Part shown: positions 53,417 to 64,000 of the stretch, one piece after another | Layout: the number at the start of each line of letters is the position of its first letter | Numbering within the stretch: the stretch's first letter is position 1 | Assembly (NCBI GenBank): GCA_000004695.1 | Contig: CM000154.2 | Coordinates: 288,001 to 352,000, forward strand | Reading direction: 5' to 3' | Length of the DNA: 64,000 bases | Source of the DNA: Dictyostelium discoideum | Taxonomy: Eukaryota | Made by a program: the position numbers and the translations under genes | The notes under the pieces: generated by a model | What the model saw: the letters and a program-made list of their open reading frames with translations, nothing else | The model's database searches: none | Told to the model about the DNA's origin: nothing

Positions 53417-54545
53417 TTATTGCATACTTAATAAAACACCAATTGCATTTAAACCACCAAAAAAGAAGGAGAGTTGACCAGTTTTTTCAGTGAGATCTTC
53501 TAATTTTTTATTTTTAAATTGATTAATTAATGAAATAATTTTTGGAATTAAAATTAATGGTAAATTTAAAATATATTTATCAATATCTAATGATAATTTA
53601 AATAAATAAATATAGGCACTAAAATAAAATAAAATTAAATTAATTATTAGTCAATATTTGTTAACAGTTTTATATTTGTTCATTTTTTTTATTATTATTA
53701 TAATAAAATAAATAAATTAATAAATAAAATAAATTAAAATAAATTAATACGTACAATAAATATAAGCCAGCATAAATATAATAACAATTTTTAAAACCTA
53801 ATTTTGAAGCTAATGTAATTGAACCAGCTTCTGTATCAGCTTTAATATCTCTTGTATTATTTACATGTAAAACAGCAACGATTGTCAAAGCCAATGGGAT
53901 TGAATAAAAGTAAGCTAATGAATCATGATAATGAGTTTGAGAGATGAATGCTGATTGTACCAAGATTGGACCAAAACATAAGAAAATGGTTAAATCACCC
54001 AATCCAATATATTTTAAACCAATTGGAGCGGCAGTATAGGAGATGTTTAAAATGAAGCCAAAAGCACCCAATGGTAGGATATTCTCCACTATACATTTGA
54101 TATTATCCATTCTAAAAATCATTAAACCCAAACAAATTGCACATTGAATTAATAAATACCAAATTAAATTTATAATATTACCCTCTGTTAAACCAAAATC
54201 AAACATTGTTCTATCGGCTGATTTCTCTTTGGTATCATTTCCATTCTTACAATCATAAAAACTATTTACAACATTACCTAAGGCTTGTAATGAAACTGCT
54301 CCAACTAAAATAATTGATAACATTATACTATCAAATTCTCTAATCTCTCTAAATGCTAATGCTGATCCAACCAATACTGATGTAACTGAAATTGTTAATG
54401 ACCATGGTCTAGTTGCTAAAATAATTCCCATTAATTTTGAAATTGGTGGTTTTTGTTGTTGTTGTTGAGATGATTCTGTTTTAATCTCTTTAGTTTTATT
54501 TACAACTTGTTTTGTTTTTTCATTTCTATTTATAGTTGTTGACAT
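53417..54545 (-). CDS. UbiA-family prenyltransferase of the UBIAD1 / MenA (1,4-dihydroxy-2-naphthoate prenyltransferase) type, about 330 aa; join(54545..53755, 53618..53417), predicted 136-bp intron
   Basis: ORF 53670..54545 contains ILATRPWSLTISVTSVLVGSALAF and ALGNVVNSFYDCKNGNDTKEKSADRTMFD, which match UBIAD1 motifs ([23 protein letters not shown] and [26 protein letters not shown]). The track ORF tail (YVLIYFNLFYLL...) looks like read-through into an intron. A GTACGT donor follows ...AGLYLL, and the acceptor TTTTAG is followed by FAYIYLFKLSLDIDKYILNLPLILIPKIISLIN...GQLSFFFGGLNAIGVLLSMQ. This restores a hydrophobic C-terminal segment with a consistent frame. Confidence 0.7.
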
Positions 54546-54599
54546 TTTTTTTTTTTTTTTTTGATCACCACACTGTGCTTTGGGTCTTTTAATAAAAAA

Positions 54600-54630
<31 letters not shown>

Positions 54631-54971
54631 ACAAAATGAAAAATTAAAAAAATAACAAAAATAAAAAAAAAAAAAAAAATTAAATTTAATTTAATATTAG
54701 ATTTTTAAATTGTGAAAAGACAAAATCAAAAAAAAAAAAAAAAAAATATCTTTAATTTTCTTTTTGTAAATTATTCATTAAATAAGGTTAATTATAGCAT
54801 CAATCTTTTATAATTTCAGACAATTTTTTTTTAAAAAAATAATAATAATATTGGCATTGAAGTGCAAATATTAATTTTTTTTTATCAGGAACTTTTCAAA
54901 AAAATAAAAAAAAAGGTTATTCAAAGATAATTATAAAATAATAATAAAAACAATAATAATTAACTTAATAT

Positions 54972-55008
<37 letters not shown>

Positions 55009-55077
55009 TTAATTTATTTTAATTATTTTTAAAAGTTTTTTTTTATTTGTTGAAAGTAAAAATAAATTTTTTTATAT

Positions 55078-58000
55078 TTAAATTAATTTATTAATTAGGT
55101 GATTTGGTAAATTATCTTTTAAAATTTTAAGTAATTGTTGATCATCTTTAAAATTATTGATTAAATTTTTAGAATTATCAATATTTTGATAATGTTTAAT
55201 AATATGAAAGTTTGAATTTTTTAAAGTTTTTTTTAGCATATCTTGAGTGATTTTAATTTCTTTTGGATGATTTTTTAAAACTAAATCACAACATTTAATT
55301 TTACCTTTGACAAAGAAATCTGAAAATAAATTTTGTTGGAAATAAGTTTCCTTGCCATTGAATGATTTTCTTGCTTTGACATCTTTATTTAAAAACTCTT
55401 GAAGTTTTAAAATTATAAATGATTGAGTTTCTGGTTGTTCAATGATTGATTTTATTGAGTTAACTTTTTGTGACCGATTTTTGATAAGCAAAGGGAGGGT
55501 TTCATTCAATTGAACTTTGAAATTTCCCATACCTTCATGACGGAATTGGTGTATTAACAATACGATCACATTCTCTGCTATTCTATTTCTAATTTGTAAA
55601 TCATTACCAATGAATTTATCATACAATTCTGTAGTTTTATTACAACAAAGATACTGAACTAAATTATTTAAAAAAGTGAATTGAATTTTTGAATCTTTAT
55701 CTCCAAGACTTTTAAATATCAATTCAAAGTTATTTTTTACTTGTTCAAAATGATTTTCATAAATGTATTTAATTTCCGAGTAATTACTTAAATCTAAATA
55801 ATTAATGATATCAATTTTGAAATTATCCATAATAAATGAAATTATATCAATTCTATTTAACTTGGCAGCTAAACGATAAATGATATTATGGAAATTTGAA
55901 ACGTAGGTATTAAATCTTAAAATTCTTTGAATTTCATTAATATCCATTACTTTACAAATTGAATTTAAAAGATCAATTGAAAATTCGAATATATTAATTA
56001 ATTTTAGCATTGGTTTAATTTGATCAATTAATTTACTATCATCCCAATCAATTTTAATTGAAGATTCTTTTGGTATTGGTTTTTCATAATATTTATCTGT
56101 TATTGATCTTTTTATTAAATTTGTTGATTCTGTTGTTGTTGTTGTTGTTGTTGTTGTTGATTCTGCTGTGAGTACATTATTTGTTGAATTACAATTGAAC
56201 ACTTTACTATTTGGTAATACTGAATCTAATGGTGAATTAGTTAGATATGATTGACTATAAATTAAGTTTTCATTTTCATTTAAATAATCATCGATCCAAT
56301 CCAATAATTCCCAAAATAAATCTTTTCTATTAATATCTAAACAATATTGTAAATCTGAATTTAATGATTGACTAAAGAAATCACCACCATCTACTATTGA
56401 ATCTCTATTATCTTTTTTACAAATATCATGTGATAGTTTTTTAATTAATTCTTTTAAAATATCATCAAATGAAGTTCTAAATTTAATTTTATCACTATTA
56501 TTATTATTATTATCATTATTATTATTATTATTATTATTGCTATCTCTACCTAATAAATAATCATATGTAAAGAAATCTGTATTGAAATGAGTTTCTAAAT
56601 TAAAACCTATAGTTATTTCATGATTTGTTGAAGTATTATAACCAACGAAATTTGAATCTGATAAAGAATCCATGAATGATTTGATACCAGGTCTTGTGAT
56701 GAGATATTTTGATAATTTTGGTGATCTTAAATTAAGATAAAAGAAACAACGGAATAAGTTATCATTTGGTAAAAATGAATGTTCCTCCAATGAATTACGA
56801 ATTGATTCCAATTGTTGAATTGTTAAACCATCAGTTCTGATTAGAGTATCATAAAGATACACAAAGATGACATTATAGGATACCCTGCAATCAATGCCCT
56901 CTTTATTGGCTTCATTTGAGTATTTATCAACCATTAGATTAATTAATGAAATGATTTGATCGACATTATTGGCATATTGAAAGATTGATTCATCTTTATA
57001 AAATAATGTCTTTCCGAATGATAAACGACTACTGCAGTATCCTGGATTCCAAAGTTTGAAAGGGGTGATATTTCTAATGAACAACTCGGCCAATGTAAAG
57101 TTTCTATCGGTAAGGAGGGTGGTGGTGGACACTGTTGCTTTAACTATCGGCACTTTAAATGTAAACTCCAACTTTGGTGGTGGAATGATTCTAGTGAATT
57201 GTGATAAAAAGTTGAAATATAAATATTTCTTTCTAAATTGTTTAAATGAACGTTGATTGAAATAATTCCATAGTCTCATTATGGCTCCTATGTTATCACG
57301 TGAAGGGAATTCAAATCTGTGAAAGTTTGAAATCTTTGAAGTAAGATCATAATTCTCAGAAAATTCACCCTCGATTCTGCTTAATTCCCCAATATCACCC
57401 TCTTTGATTGCTTTCAATAAATTGTTAATTTTAATTGAATATAATTTTGATTCATCAAATACAAGGGGGTATTTATGGTCATAGTTGTCCTCTGTAAAAT
57501 GAAGCAAATCGTTGATGTGTTTCAAATCCTCATAACCATAATCTTCATCCTCGCCATCACTATCGTTCTCATCATTGTCATCACCTACGTAATCAAACTT
57601 TGCAGTTTCTTCTTTTTCAAGTATAAAAGCGATATCGGCTATTCCTATGTTGTCCCCATTATCTTCCCCAATATGCTGTTCTTGCAACTCCTCTTGATCC
57701 TCATCCTCTTGCTCTTCCCCATTTCCTTGGTCTTCTCCATTTCCCTGGCCTTCTCCATTTCCTGATTGAGCTATATCTGGTGGTAGTTGTTCTTTGAATT
57801 CTTTTTTTTGAATTGGACCAAGCTCTTTAATTGCTTCACCATAAATACGAGAATAATAATAATAGAAATTTGTTGGTTTAAATTCAATTGCAATTAATTT
57901 TCTCAACTCTTTTAATTTATCGAATCCAACTTGATTATTTGTACGAATTGAATTTACTTTCTCTTCAATTAATTTATCTCTATTTGTTTTTGTACGGTTA

Positions 58001-59016
58001 TCTAAAATATGTTCAAAATAAAATCTTAATGTAACCAATAATCTTTCATAACGTCTATCTATTACTAACCAATCTCTAATATCAAATTCATTTCTATCAT
58101 TTGGTTTTGAAATATAAGCCACTCCTAAATCCATCATTTTATTCATCATTCTTACTTTATAAGTAGTTATAAAGTTTTCATACCCAATTTTTTTCAATTC
58201 CTCTTCTTCTTCTTCTTCTTCTTCTTCTTCCTCATTTTTTTTACTTTTTGTTGTTGCTATTTCATCTTCTTCATTTGAATTTGATGGTTTTAATTTCTTT
58301 CTTTTTTGTTCTTCTTGAGTTGGCTTTGTATATAATGATGGATTATCGATTAAATATTGAAGAATTCTTGTTTGATTAGCATTATTATGAGCTGAACGGA
58401 ATGAAAACTTCTTTACTTTTGCAGAAATTAAATCAATACCATGATTCTTTATGTTGAGTGGATTTGAATTTACAATCTCTTTGATGGTCTCTAAACAATT
58501 GCATTCAAATGCAGTTTTTAATGTATCTGGCTCAATTAAAAGATTGAATGGCTCGTGAACTAGTAATCTTAATACTTCCGGACTGTCCAACTCTATGGCA
58601 AGATTAGTGAGATCACAGATTTCAAATTCATCTCTTCTATGGGTCATTAATAATCTAATGACTTCTAAATATTGTTCTTTGTTTTTTAGTTGTGGATGTT
58701 GTTGTTTTCTAAATGTCAATTTTTTAAATAAATATCTTATTGACTCTTTATCAATTTCAATGTAGTCACCATGTTTGATTTTATTTTTAATTAATGAGAA
58801 TAACTGATTCCTTATCATTAAAAAAAGTGAATGAATATCTTCAAATTTGCATCGATTATTAATATTATAATCTAATGGAAGTTTATAGTCTACCCATTCA
58901 GTTTGATGAATTTGGTTTAATATCACACTAACTATATAATTGTTTTTAAAAACTTTCCAAAATAATATTTCTCCATAACTAGTATTATTATTATTATTGT
59001 TATTATTACTTGCCAT
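55078..59016 (-). CDS. Large hypothetical protein, 1312 aa, with a poly-Glu tract and GNGE(D/E)QGNGE repeats
   Basis: It is a clean long ORF. Its N-terminus (GEILFWKVFKNNYIVSVILNQIHQTEW) is paralogous to the N-terminus of the 39156 gene product. Confidence 0.65.
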   Translation of the reverse strand: MASNNNNNNNNTSYGEILFWKVFKNNYIVSVILNQIHQTEWVDYKLPLDYNINNRCKFEDIHSLFLMIRNQLFSLIKNKIKHGDYIEIDKESIRYLFKKLTFRKQQHPQLKNKEQYLEVIRLLMTHRRDEFEICDLTNLAIELDSPEVLRLLVHEPFNLLIEPDTLKTAFECNCLETIKEIVNSNPLNIKNHGIDLISAKVKKFSFRSAHNNANQTRILQYLIDNPSLYTKPTQEEQKRKKLKPSNSNEEDEIATTKSKKNEEEEEEEEEEEELKKIGYENFITTYKVRMMNKMMDLGVAYISKPNDRNEFDIRDWLVIDRRYERLLVTLRFYFEHILDNRTKTNRDKLIEEKVNSIRTNNQVGFDKLKELRKLIAIEFKPTNFYYYYSRIYGEAIKELGPIQKKEFKEQLPPDIAQSGNGEGQGNGEDQGNGEEQEDEDQEELQEQHIGEDNGDNIGIADIAFILEKEETAKFDYVGDDNDENDSDGEDEDYGYEDLKHINDLLHFTEDNYDHKYPLVFDESKLYSIKINNLLKAIKEGDIGELSRIEGEFSENYDLTSKISNFHRFEFPSRDNIGAIMRLWNYFNQRSFKQFRKKYLYFNFLSQFTRIIPPPKLEFTFKVPIVKATVSTTTLLTDRNFTLAELFIRNITPFKLWNPGYCSSRLSFGKTLFYKDESIFQYANNVDQIISLINLMVDKYSNEANKEGIDCRVSYNVIFVYLYDTLIRTDGLTIQQLESIRNSLEEHSFLPNDNLFRCFFYLNLRSPKLSKYLITRPGIKSFMDSLSDSNFVGYNTSTNHEITIGFNLETHFNTDFFTYDYLLGRDSNNNNNNNNDNNNNNSDKIKFRTSFDDILKELIKKLSHDICKKDNRDSIVDGGDFFSQSLNSDLQYCLDINRKDLFWELLDWIDDYLNENENLIYSQSYLTNSPLDSVLPNSKVFNCNSTNNVLTAESTTTTTTTTTESTNLIKRSITDKYYEKPIPKESSIKIDWDDSKLIDQIKPMLKLINIFEFSIDLLNSICKVMDINEIQRILRFNTYVSNFHNIIYRLAAKLNRIDIISFIMDNFKIDIINYLDLSNYSEIKYIYENHFEQVKNNFELIFKSLGDKDSKIQFTFLNNLVQYLCCNKTTELYDKFIGNDLQIRNRIAENVIVLLIHQFRHEGMGNFKVQLNETLPLLIKNRSQKVNSIKSIIEQPETQSFIILKLQEFLNKDVKARKSFNGKETYFQQNLFSDFFVKGKIKCCDLVLKNHPKEIKITQDMLKKTLKNSNFHIIKHYQNIDNSKNLINNFKDDQQLLKILKDNLPNHLINKLI

Positions 59017-59438
59017 TTTTTTTTAATTATTATTATTATTACCACCAGATAGTTTGTGTGTATTTATTTTGAATTTTTTTTTAATAAAAAAAAAAAATTT
59101 TTTCTTTTTTTTTTTTTTTTTTTTTTTTTTTTGAAAAAAAACAGTAAGTTTTAGATTTTCGAAAAAAAAAAAAAAAAGACATTTTATCAGAGTCGCGCAA
59201 AGATCTTCGGGAAATTCAAAAAAAAAAAACGAATTTTTTGAACTGTTTTTTTTTTTTATTTTTTTTTATTTTTTTTTTCGTTTATTTTTATTAACAAATT
59301 TTGAATGAAAAAAACACTGTCAGTGAAACCGCTGAATGGTTCCTGGGACCTCTACCTTAACCAAAATTTAAATCTGTTCAGAGTTTTTAAAATAATAAAA
59401 AAAAGAAAATAATGGTGTTTTTATGATTTACTTTTTAA

Positions 59439-59475
<37 letters not shown>

Positions 59476-59606
59476 CATTTAATTTATTGAAAAAGTAATA
59501 AAAATTAAAGTAATAAAGTTTTAATTTTATTTTATTTTTTCCTTTTTAGTTCATTTTTTGTAATTATTTTTTTTATTTTGAAGAAAAACAATTATGTAAT
59601 ATATAA

Positions 59607-61166
59607 AAATATAATCAATTTATTAAAGCACAACAATTATCATCAACATCATCAGGTGGTGGTTTAAATTCAGGTCAATTAAATAATAGTTTTTTAGGTG
59701 GTACAGGTAGTATTAATAAATCATTTGAAGAAATTGAAAGAGAAAGAATTAATCAAAATTAAAATTTTAAAGGTAGATTACAATCAAATTTAACAGATTT
59801 TAGTTTTGAATTTAATGGTAATGATAGTATTTTAAAATAACAACAAGAGAAAGAACAACAAGAGCAAGATGATGGTGGATATAATAGACAAAGTTTAATA
59901 AATGAAAATCAATCAACAATGTCATCATTAAATAATACAAATGAACCAATTATTAATACAGGTGATGTTAAAGTAAATTCACAAAAAGTTAAAACATTTG
60001 AACAAACTGTATCTGGTAAAGTTGAATTATTGAAATTTATTAGAGATAAGAATTTTTATGCAATTTCAAGTTGTGCTACAAAATGTAAACGTTGGTTTAC
60101 AATTAATATTTTATCACAATTGGTTGAACCCGCACAATTATTTTTATAATTAGCTAAAGAAGATGATCAACAACAACAACAACAACAACTTCAAGAAGAA
60201 TTATCAAAACCATTTACAAAACAACAATATGATAATATGATGAATGGCACACTGTTGGAATTCTTGAATTATCTCGTGATAAACATGTTTTCCTCGATTT
60301 TAATAAAGGTGGTCAAGGTTGGATTGCAAATGAATTACCAACTGATGAACAATTATTATTTTGATTATTCGTTGCTTACATGGATTATAAATTATATAGA
60401 GATGTTACTGCTCCAAATCCAGATATACCATTTTCTTCAAAATATATTAAACATGAAGATAGTAAATGTAAGTTATATAATACCCTATACATACCATATA
60501 CATACTATATACTAACTTTTTTCATTCATTTTATAGTTATTAATCTCAATATTCAATAATGATTAGTATTGCATATAAAAGACCATTACATTGACAAAAT
60601 AATGTAATTTGGGATATTTCACCTGGTTTTGATAATTTATTTTTCTCTATTGTTTTATTCTTTTATAATGTAATTCAAAATCAAAATGGTTCATCATTTT
60701 ATATGATAATCATAAGAATTTCAAATTGGTGGTAATTGAAGAGTTTCTTAAAAACTATTCAAATTTATTTAAAAATAGAGATCAAGTTTCCACCGATATC
60801 TCTTTGAAAATGTCAAGTCTCTATTTGGGTAATAGTTTAATTTCAAAGTTTTGTACCGACTATTCAAAATATAATTACTTGGAATTGGTATTACGTGCTC
60901 ATAAGAATTACTATGTACCATTGTTATTACCATTCTATAAAACTTCAAATCCAAAGGATATCAAAAAGGATGTTATGTTACAAACTGATCTTGAAAATTT
61001 CCCAAGATTAATGAAATCCGCGAATATTGTAAAATACTTTGTAACCGATGAAGAGAAAATGGATTTATTCTTTGAATTGGCAGGTTCTTATCATAAATTT
61101 ACAACCTTGGAATATATTGACCCATCAATTTCAACTTGTAAATTCAGTAGAATAAAAATTAAATAG
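59607..61166 (+). pseudogene. Disabled gene with an F-box-like N-terminal region. It has three in-frame TAA codons, one in-frame TGA, an 8-bp tandem duplication frameshift and a degenerate exon junction.
   Basis: A coding-like frame runs from 59607 with in-frame TAA codons at 59760, 59838 and 60147, flanking the track ORF 59919..60149. It contains F-box-like SCATKCKRWFTINIL. At 60228-60243 the sequence tatgataa|tatgatga is a tandem duplication that shifts the frame to +2 (YDEWHTVGILELSRDKHVFLDFNKGGQGWIANELPTDEQLLF, then in-frame TGA at 60362, then LFVAYMDYKLYRD...HEDSK). A GTAAGT...TACTAAC...TTTTATAG intron (60469-60535) follows, but the downstream frame is closed until ORF 60726..61166, which has no ATG. 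Confidence 0.65.
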
Positions 61167-61685
61167 TTTTTACCTTTTTTTATTTTTCCGACAATTGTTT
61201 TTATTTTTCAATTTTATTTTATTTTTTTACGATTTTTCTTTTTTTTTAAAATTTTGGTAAAAAAATAAACGTTTACCAAAATATTGAAAAAATAAAAAAA
61301 AAAATAATGAAAAAAATCTCTATCCATGGACTATCGCCAACAATTAATATGAGATTAAAAAAAAAAAAAATTTAGTTGGTTATATTTTTATTTTTTTTTT
61401 TCTAATTTTCGAATGAGACCATAACAACTATTAAATTCAAAAAAATATTTGTAATAGCTATTTGATAAAGATTTTAAAAAGATACTCCAGAGTATCCAAG
61501 TCAGTATTCTTTTCCCTGAGAAACTTATTGAGGAGATAAAACAGGTATGGGTTCTATGATTATCATTAAAACAGCTAAAAAATTTGGTGCGTTGAGTGTG
61601 CCCAAAACTTTCTCAAAGTTTGTTCCTAACTGTTGATATAACTTTTAAGATTAATATAGGTTTTGGCTTACTTAATTTTATTATT

Positions 61686-61724
<39 letters not shown>

Positions 61725-61944
61725 CATTTACAATCTTTCTTGAAAAAAAAAGTCTTAGAAGACGATATTCAATAAAATTATCTTCTTAAAACATTTTTTT
61801 TATTTTGTTTATTTCTGAAATTTACCAAATACAATTAATTAAATAAACAAATAACCAATTAATCTTTTTTAAAATAACAATTTTATTATTATTTTTTTAA
61901 TTTTTTTTTTTTTTATTTGATTTGAGATTTAAAAATTTTTTATT

Positions 61945-63613
61945 TTATTTTTCAAACATAATTAAACCCTTTTCATATAAAGCTGAAACTACATCTAATT
62001 TTTGATCATCATCTTCAATTGGTAAATCTTTAGTATAGATATAGGAAGGATAGGAATCGATGATATGTTCTAAAGCATCTACACATTCAAGAGTGAATTC
62101 AACGACACCTGGTTCCTCGCCAACTTGATGATAGATACGAGTGTTATCGGCATTATGGAAGAGGATGGCAATATCTTCGACAACCAATCTGACAGAGTCG
62201 GCTCTAATTAAACGGAATCTAGTTTCAGGTTTGATTTTCATTGAGGTTGTTTCATCTTCAATGGAATGTTTCTTTTCTAATTGAGTTAAAACTGGTGGTA
62301 AAGAATCTAATAAATATTTAACAGCCATTTGATCGGCACCGATATCAATTGGTAATAGTTGGCCCAACTTGTCCCAAAGTGTTCCAACCTTGTCTGTCAA
62401 CTCCTTTCTTCTCTCATCACCAACTTTATCACTATGAATCACACCCAAGTATTGAGTATAATCTCTTGGTAAACCTTCTCTAAACTCTAAGCATTCCTCA
62501 TTTGCAATCTCCAATGCTCTATTCAAAACCTTTCCAATTAAATCACCCCATGTATTATTTAAATAAGTTGAAACTGTGATATGAAGTGAATGTACATCCG
62601 ATGGTGATACAGCTTGATGAATCACACCTCTTGGAAAGTATAATAAATCACCTGCCTCTAAAGTCACTGTGAAATATGGTTCACCAATCTCTTCTTGTGT
62701 GAAATTTTCACTTGATTTCTTTGGTAAAACTTCATTTGCATCTCTTGGTTTATATAATCTCCATTCTTTTTTACCCTCCAATTGAAGAATAAATACATCA
62801 ACATCATCATAATGTGGTGCAAATCCTTGTGCTCCTGCTGGTGTTAAATAAATATTTGCACCAACTCCACATTGAAAATGAGTTTGTAATGTACTACATA
62901 ATTTCCAAACATTTGAATTAAATGTTTGTGGATTTAATAATCTAACTGAACAACCTTCCTGGGGGGAAAAATAAAAAAAATAAAAAAATAAAAATAAAAA
63001 AATAATAATTAATTTAAATTTCTTTTGTGTGTGTGTGAGTGTGTGAGTGTGTGATAATTTTTTTAGAAAATTAAATATTTACTTTATAATGTTTCCAAAC
63101 TAATGATGGATAAGCTCTACCTTCTGGATTTAAAGTAATTCTTTGGAAATCGACATAATTTGTGACATCAACATTTTCTGTGAATTTCATTAAATTATTT
63201 CTCAACATTTTATCTAAAGAATCTTTAGTGAAAAAGTTTTTATAAATGTTGTCCCCATTTCTTTTAACGTATAGATGTTTTTGACCAAAGTATTGGTCAT
63301 AGAAATCTTCAATGATAGTTGGTGAAATTAGACCTGCTAAAACACCATCAGCTTCAACACGTTGATCTGCAACTGATAATTCATTACTACCAATATCGTT
63401 GATATTGATTTCACGAATTTCAGTTTTCTTTTTTGGTACTAATTTGGTTGGTCTTAATGGTTGACTTGATACTTGGGGTACTGATTTAGTTAATGGAACT
63501 GGTTTACTCTTTTTTACAACTTTCTTCTTTTTTTTCTTTCCATTATTATTATTATTTACTCCAACTTCCTCTTCTGACATTTCTTCAATTTCTTCTTCTA
63601 ATCCTCTTTTCAT
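61945..63613 (-). CDS. JmjC-domain ribosomal oxygenase (NO66/MINA53-like 2-oxoglutarate/Fe(II)-dependent hydroxylase), 514 aa; join(63613..63083, 62958..61945), intron 62959..63082
   Basis: ORF 63071..63613 ends ...LVWKHYK at a GTAAAT donor. A CCCCCCAG acceptor precedes EGCSVRLLNPQTFNSNVWKLCSTLQTHFQCGVGANIYLTPAGAQGFAPHYDDVDVFILQLEGKKEWRLY, in frame with ORF 61945..62781. The motif HYDDVDVFILQLEG is the NO66/MINA JmjC iron-binding region. The N-terminus is acidic/Lys-rich and nucleolar-like. Confidence 0.8.
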
Positions 63614-64000
63614 TTTTTTATTTTTTATTTTTTATTTATATATTTATTGTGAAATCTTTTAAAAGATTAGGAAAAAAAAAAAAAAAAAAAAAACGAAAAA
63701 AAAATGAAAAAATAAAAATTAAAATAAATTAAAATAAAAAAAAAAAAAAAAAAAATCAAAATTAAAAAAAAAAAAAAAAAACGATAGTGACGGGAGTTTT
63801 CAAAAATTTCAATCATTTTTAAAAAATCAAGATCTATTAACAATTTCAGGTATAGAAATTTAAATAATCTTAAAATGGTATTTTTGGTGACTAAAAAAAT
63901 TTAAAATAAAAAAAAAAATAAAATAAAATAAAATAAAAATTAAAACTATAATAATAATTATGGTTCAAAAAAAAAAATTTTGTTTTTTTATTATTAAAAT

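Noticed and set aside
53619-53754. C-terminal 27 residues of ORF 53670..54545 (YVLIYFNLFYLLIYLFYYNNNKKNEQI)
   Set aside because: Composition is typical of translated AT-rich intron. A GTACGT/TTTTAG intron model gives a better, hydrophobic UBIAD1-like C-terminus.
57056-57765. Plus-strand ORFs of 66 and 96 aa
   Set aside because: They are antisense to the 1312-aa minus-strand ORF and have hydrophobic low-complexity translations.

Overview
This window is AT-rich (about 75-80% A+T) eukaryotic nuclear DNA. It has poly-Asn, poly-Gln and poly-Thr coding microsatellites and short (about 75-250 bp) GT...AG introns. It encodes close matches to Dictyostelium discoideum UMP-CMP kinase and glutamate dehydrogenase. 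On that basis I read it as Dictyostelium (social amoeba) chromosomal DNA, so prokaryotic feature classes such as CRISPR, operons and Shine-Dalgarno sites do not apply.

About 27 protein-coding loci are supported:
- a partial ABCG transporter;
- a divergently transcribed pair of GH18 (chitinase-like) paralogs, one of which has lost the catalytic D/E residues;
- a cytoplasmic Glu-tRNA synthetase and a mitochondrial glutamate dehydrogenase, arranged head-to-head;
- a six-unit head-to-tail tandem array (12.8-23.5 kb, minus strand) of four-exon genes for secreted, cysteine-rich, probably GPI-anchored proteins (four intact, one decayed pseudogene, one 3-prime remnant);
- two secreted or membrane glycoproteins;
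- an ankyrin-Sec7-PH Arf-GEF (SecG-like);
- a divergent actin-related protein;
- several Asn-rich hypothetical proteins, one of them interrupted by a 100-N assembly gap;
- the two-exon UMP-CMP kinase gene;
- a compact 1264-aa polyketide-synthase-derived protein with a dead ketosynthase, an acyltransferase whose active-site Ser is replaced by Cys, an ACP and a terminal thioester-reductase domain. It sits directly next to a UBIAD1/MenA-type prenyltransferase;
- an F-box-like pseudogene with several in-frame stops and an 8-bp duplication frameshift;
- a JmjC ribosomal oxygenase (NO66/MINA-like).

No tRNA or rRNA gene could be supported. Non-coding observations include a roughly 41-bp-periodic cluster of five AACGTT palindromes, G-box/CA-rich and CACGTG motifs, a shared GC-rich 17-mer at two intergenic sites with an inverted and tandem repeat structure, and a 44-bp coding fragment duplicated into its own 5-prime flank.
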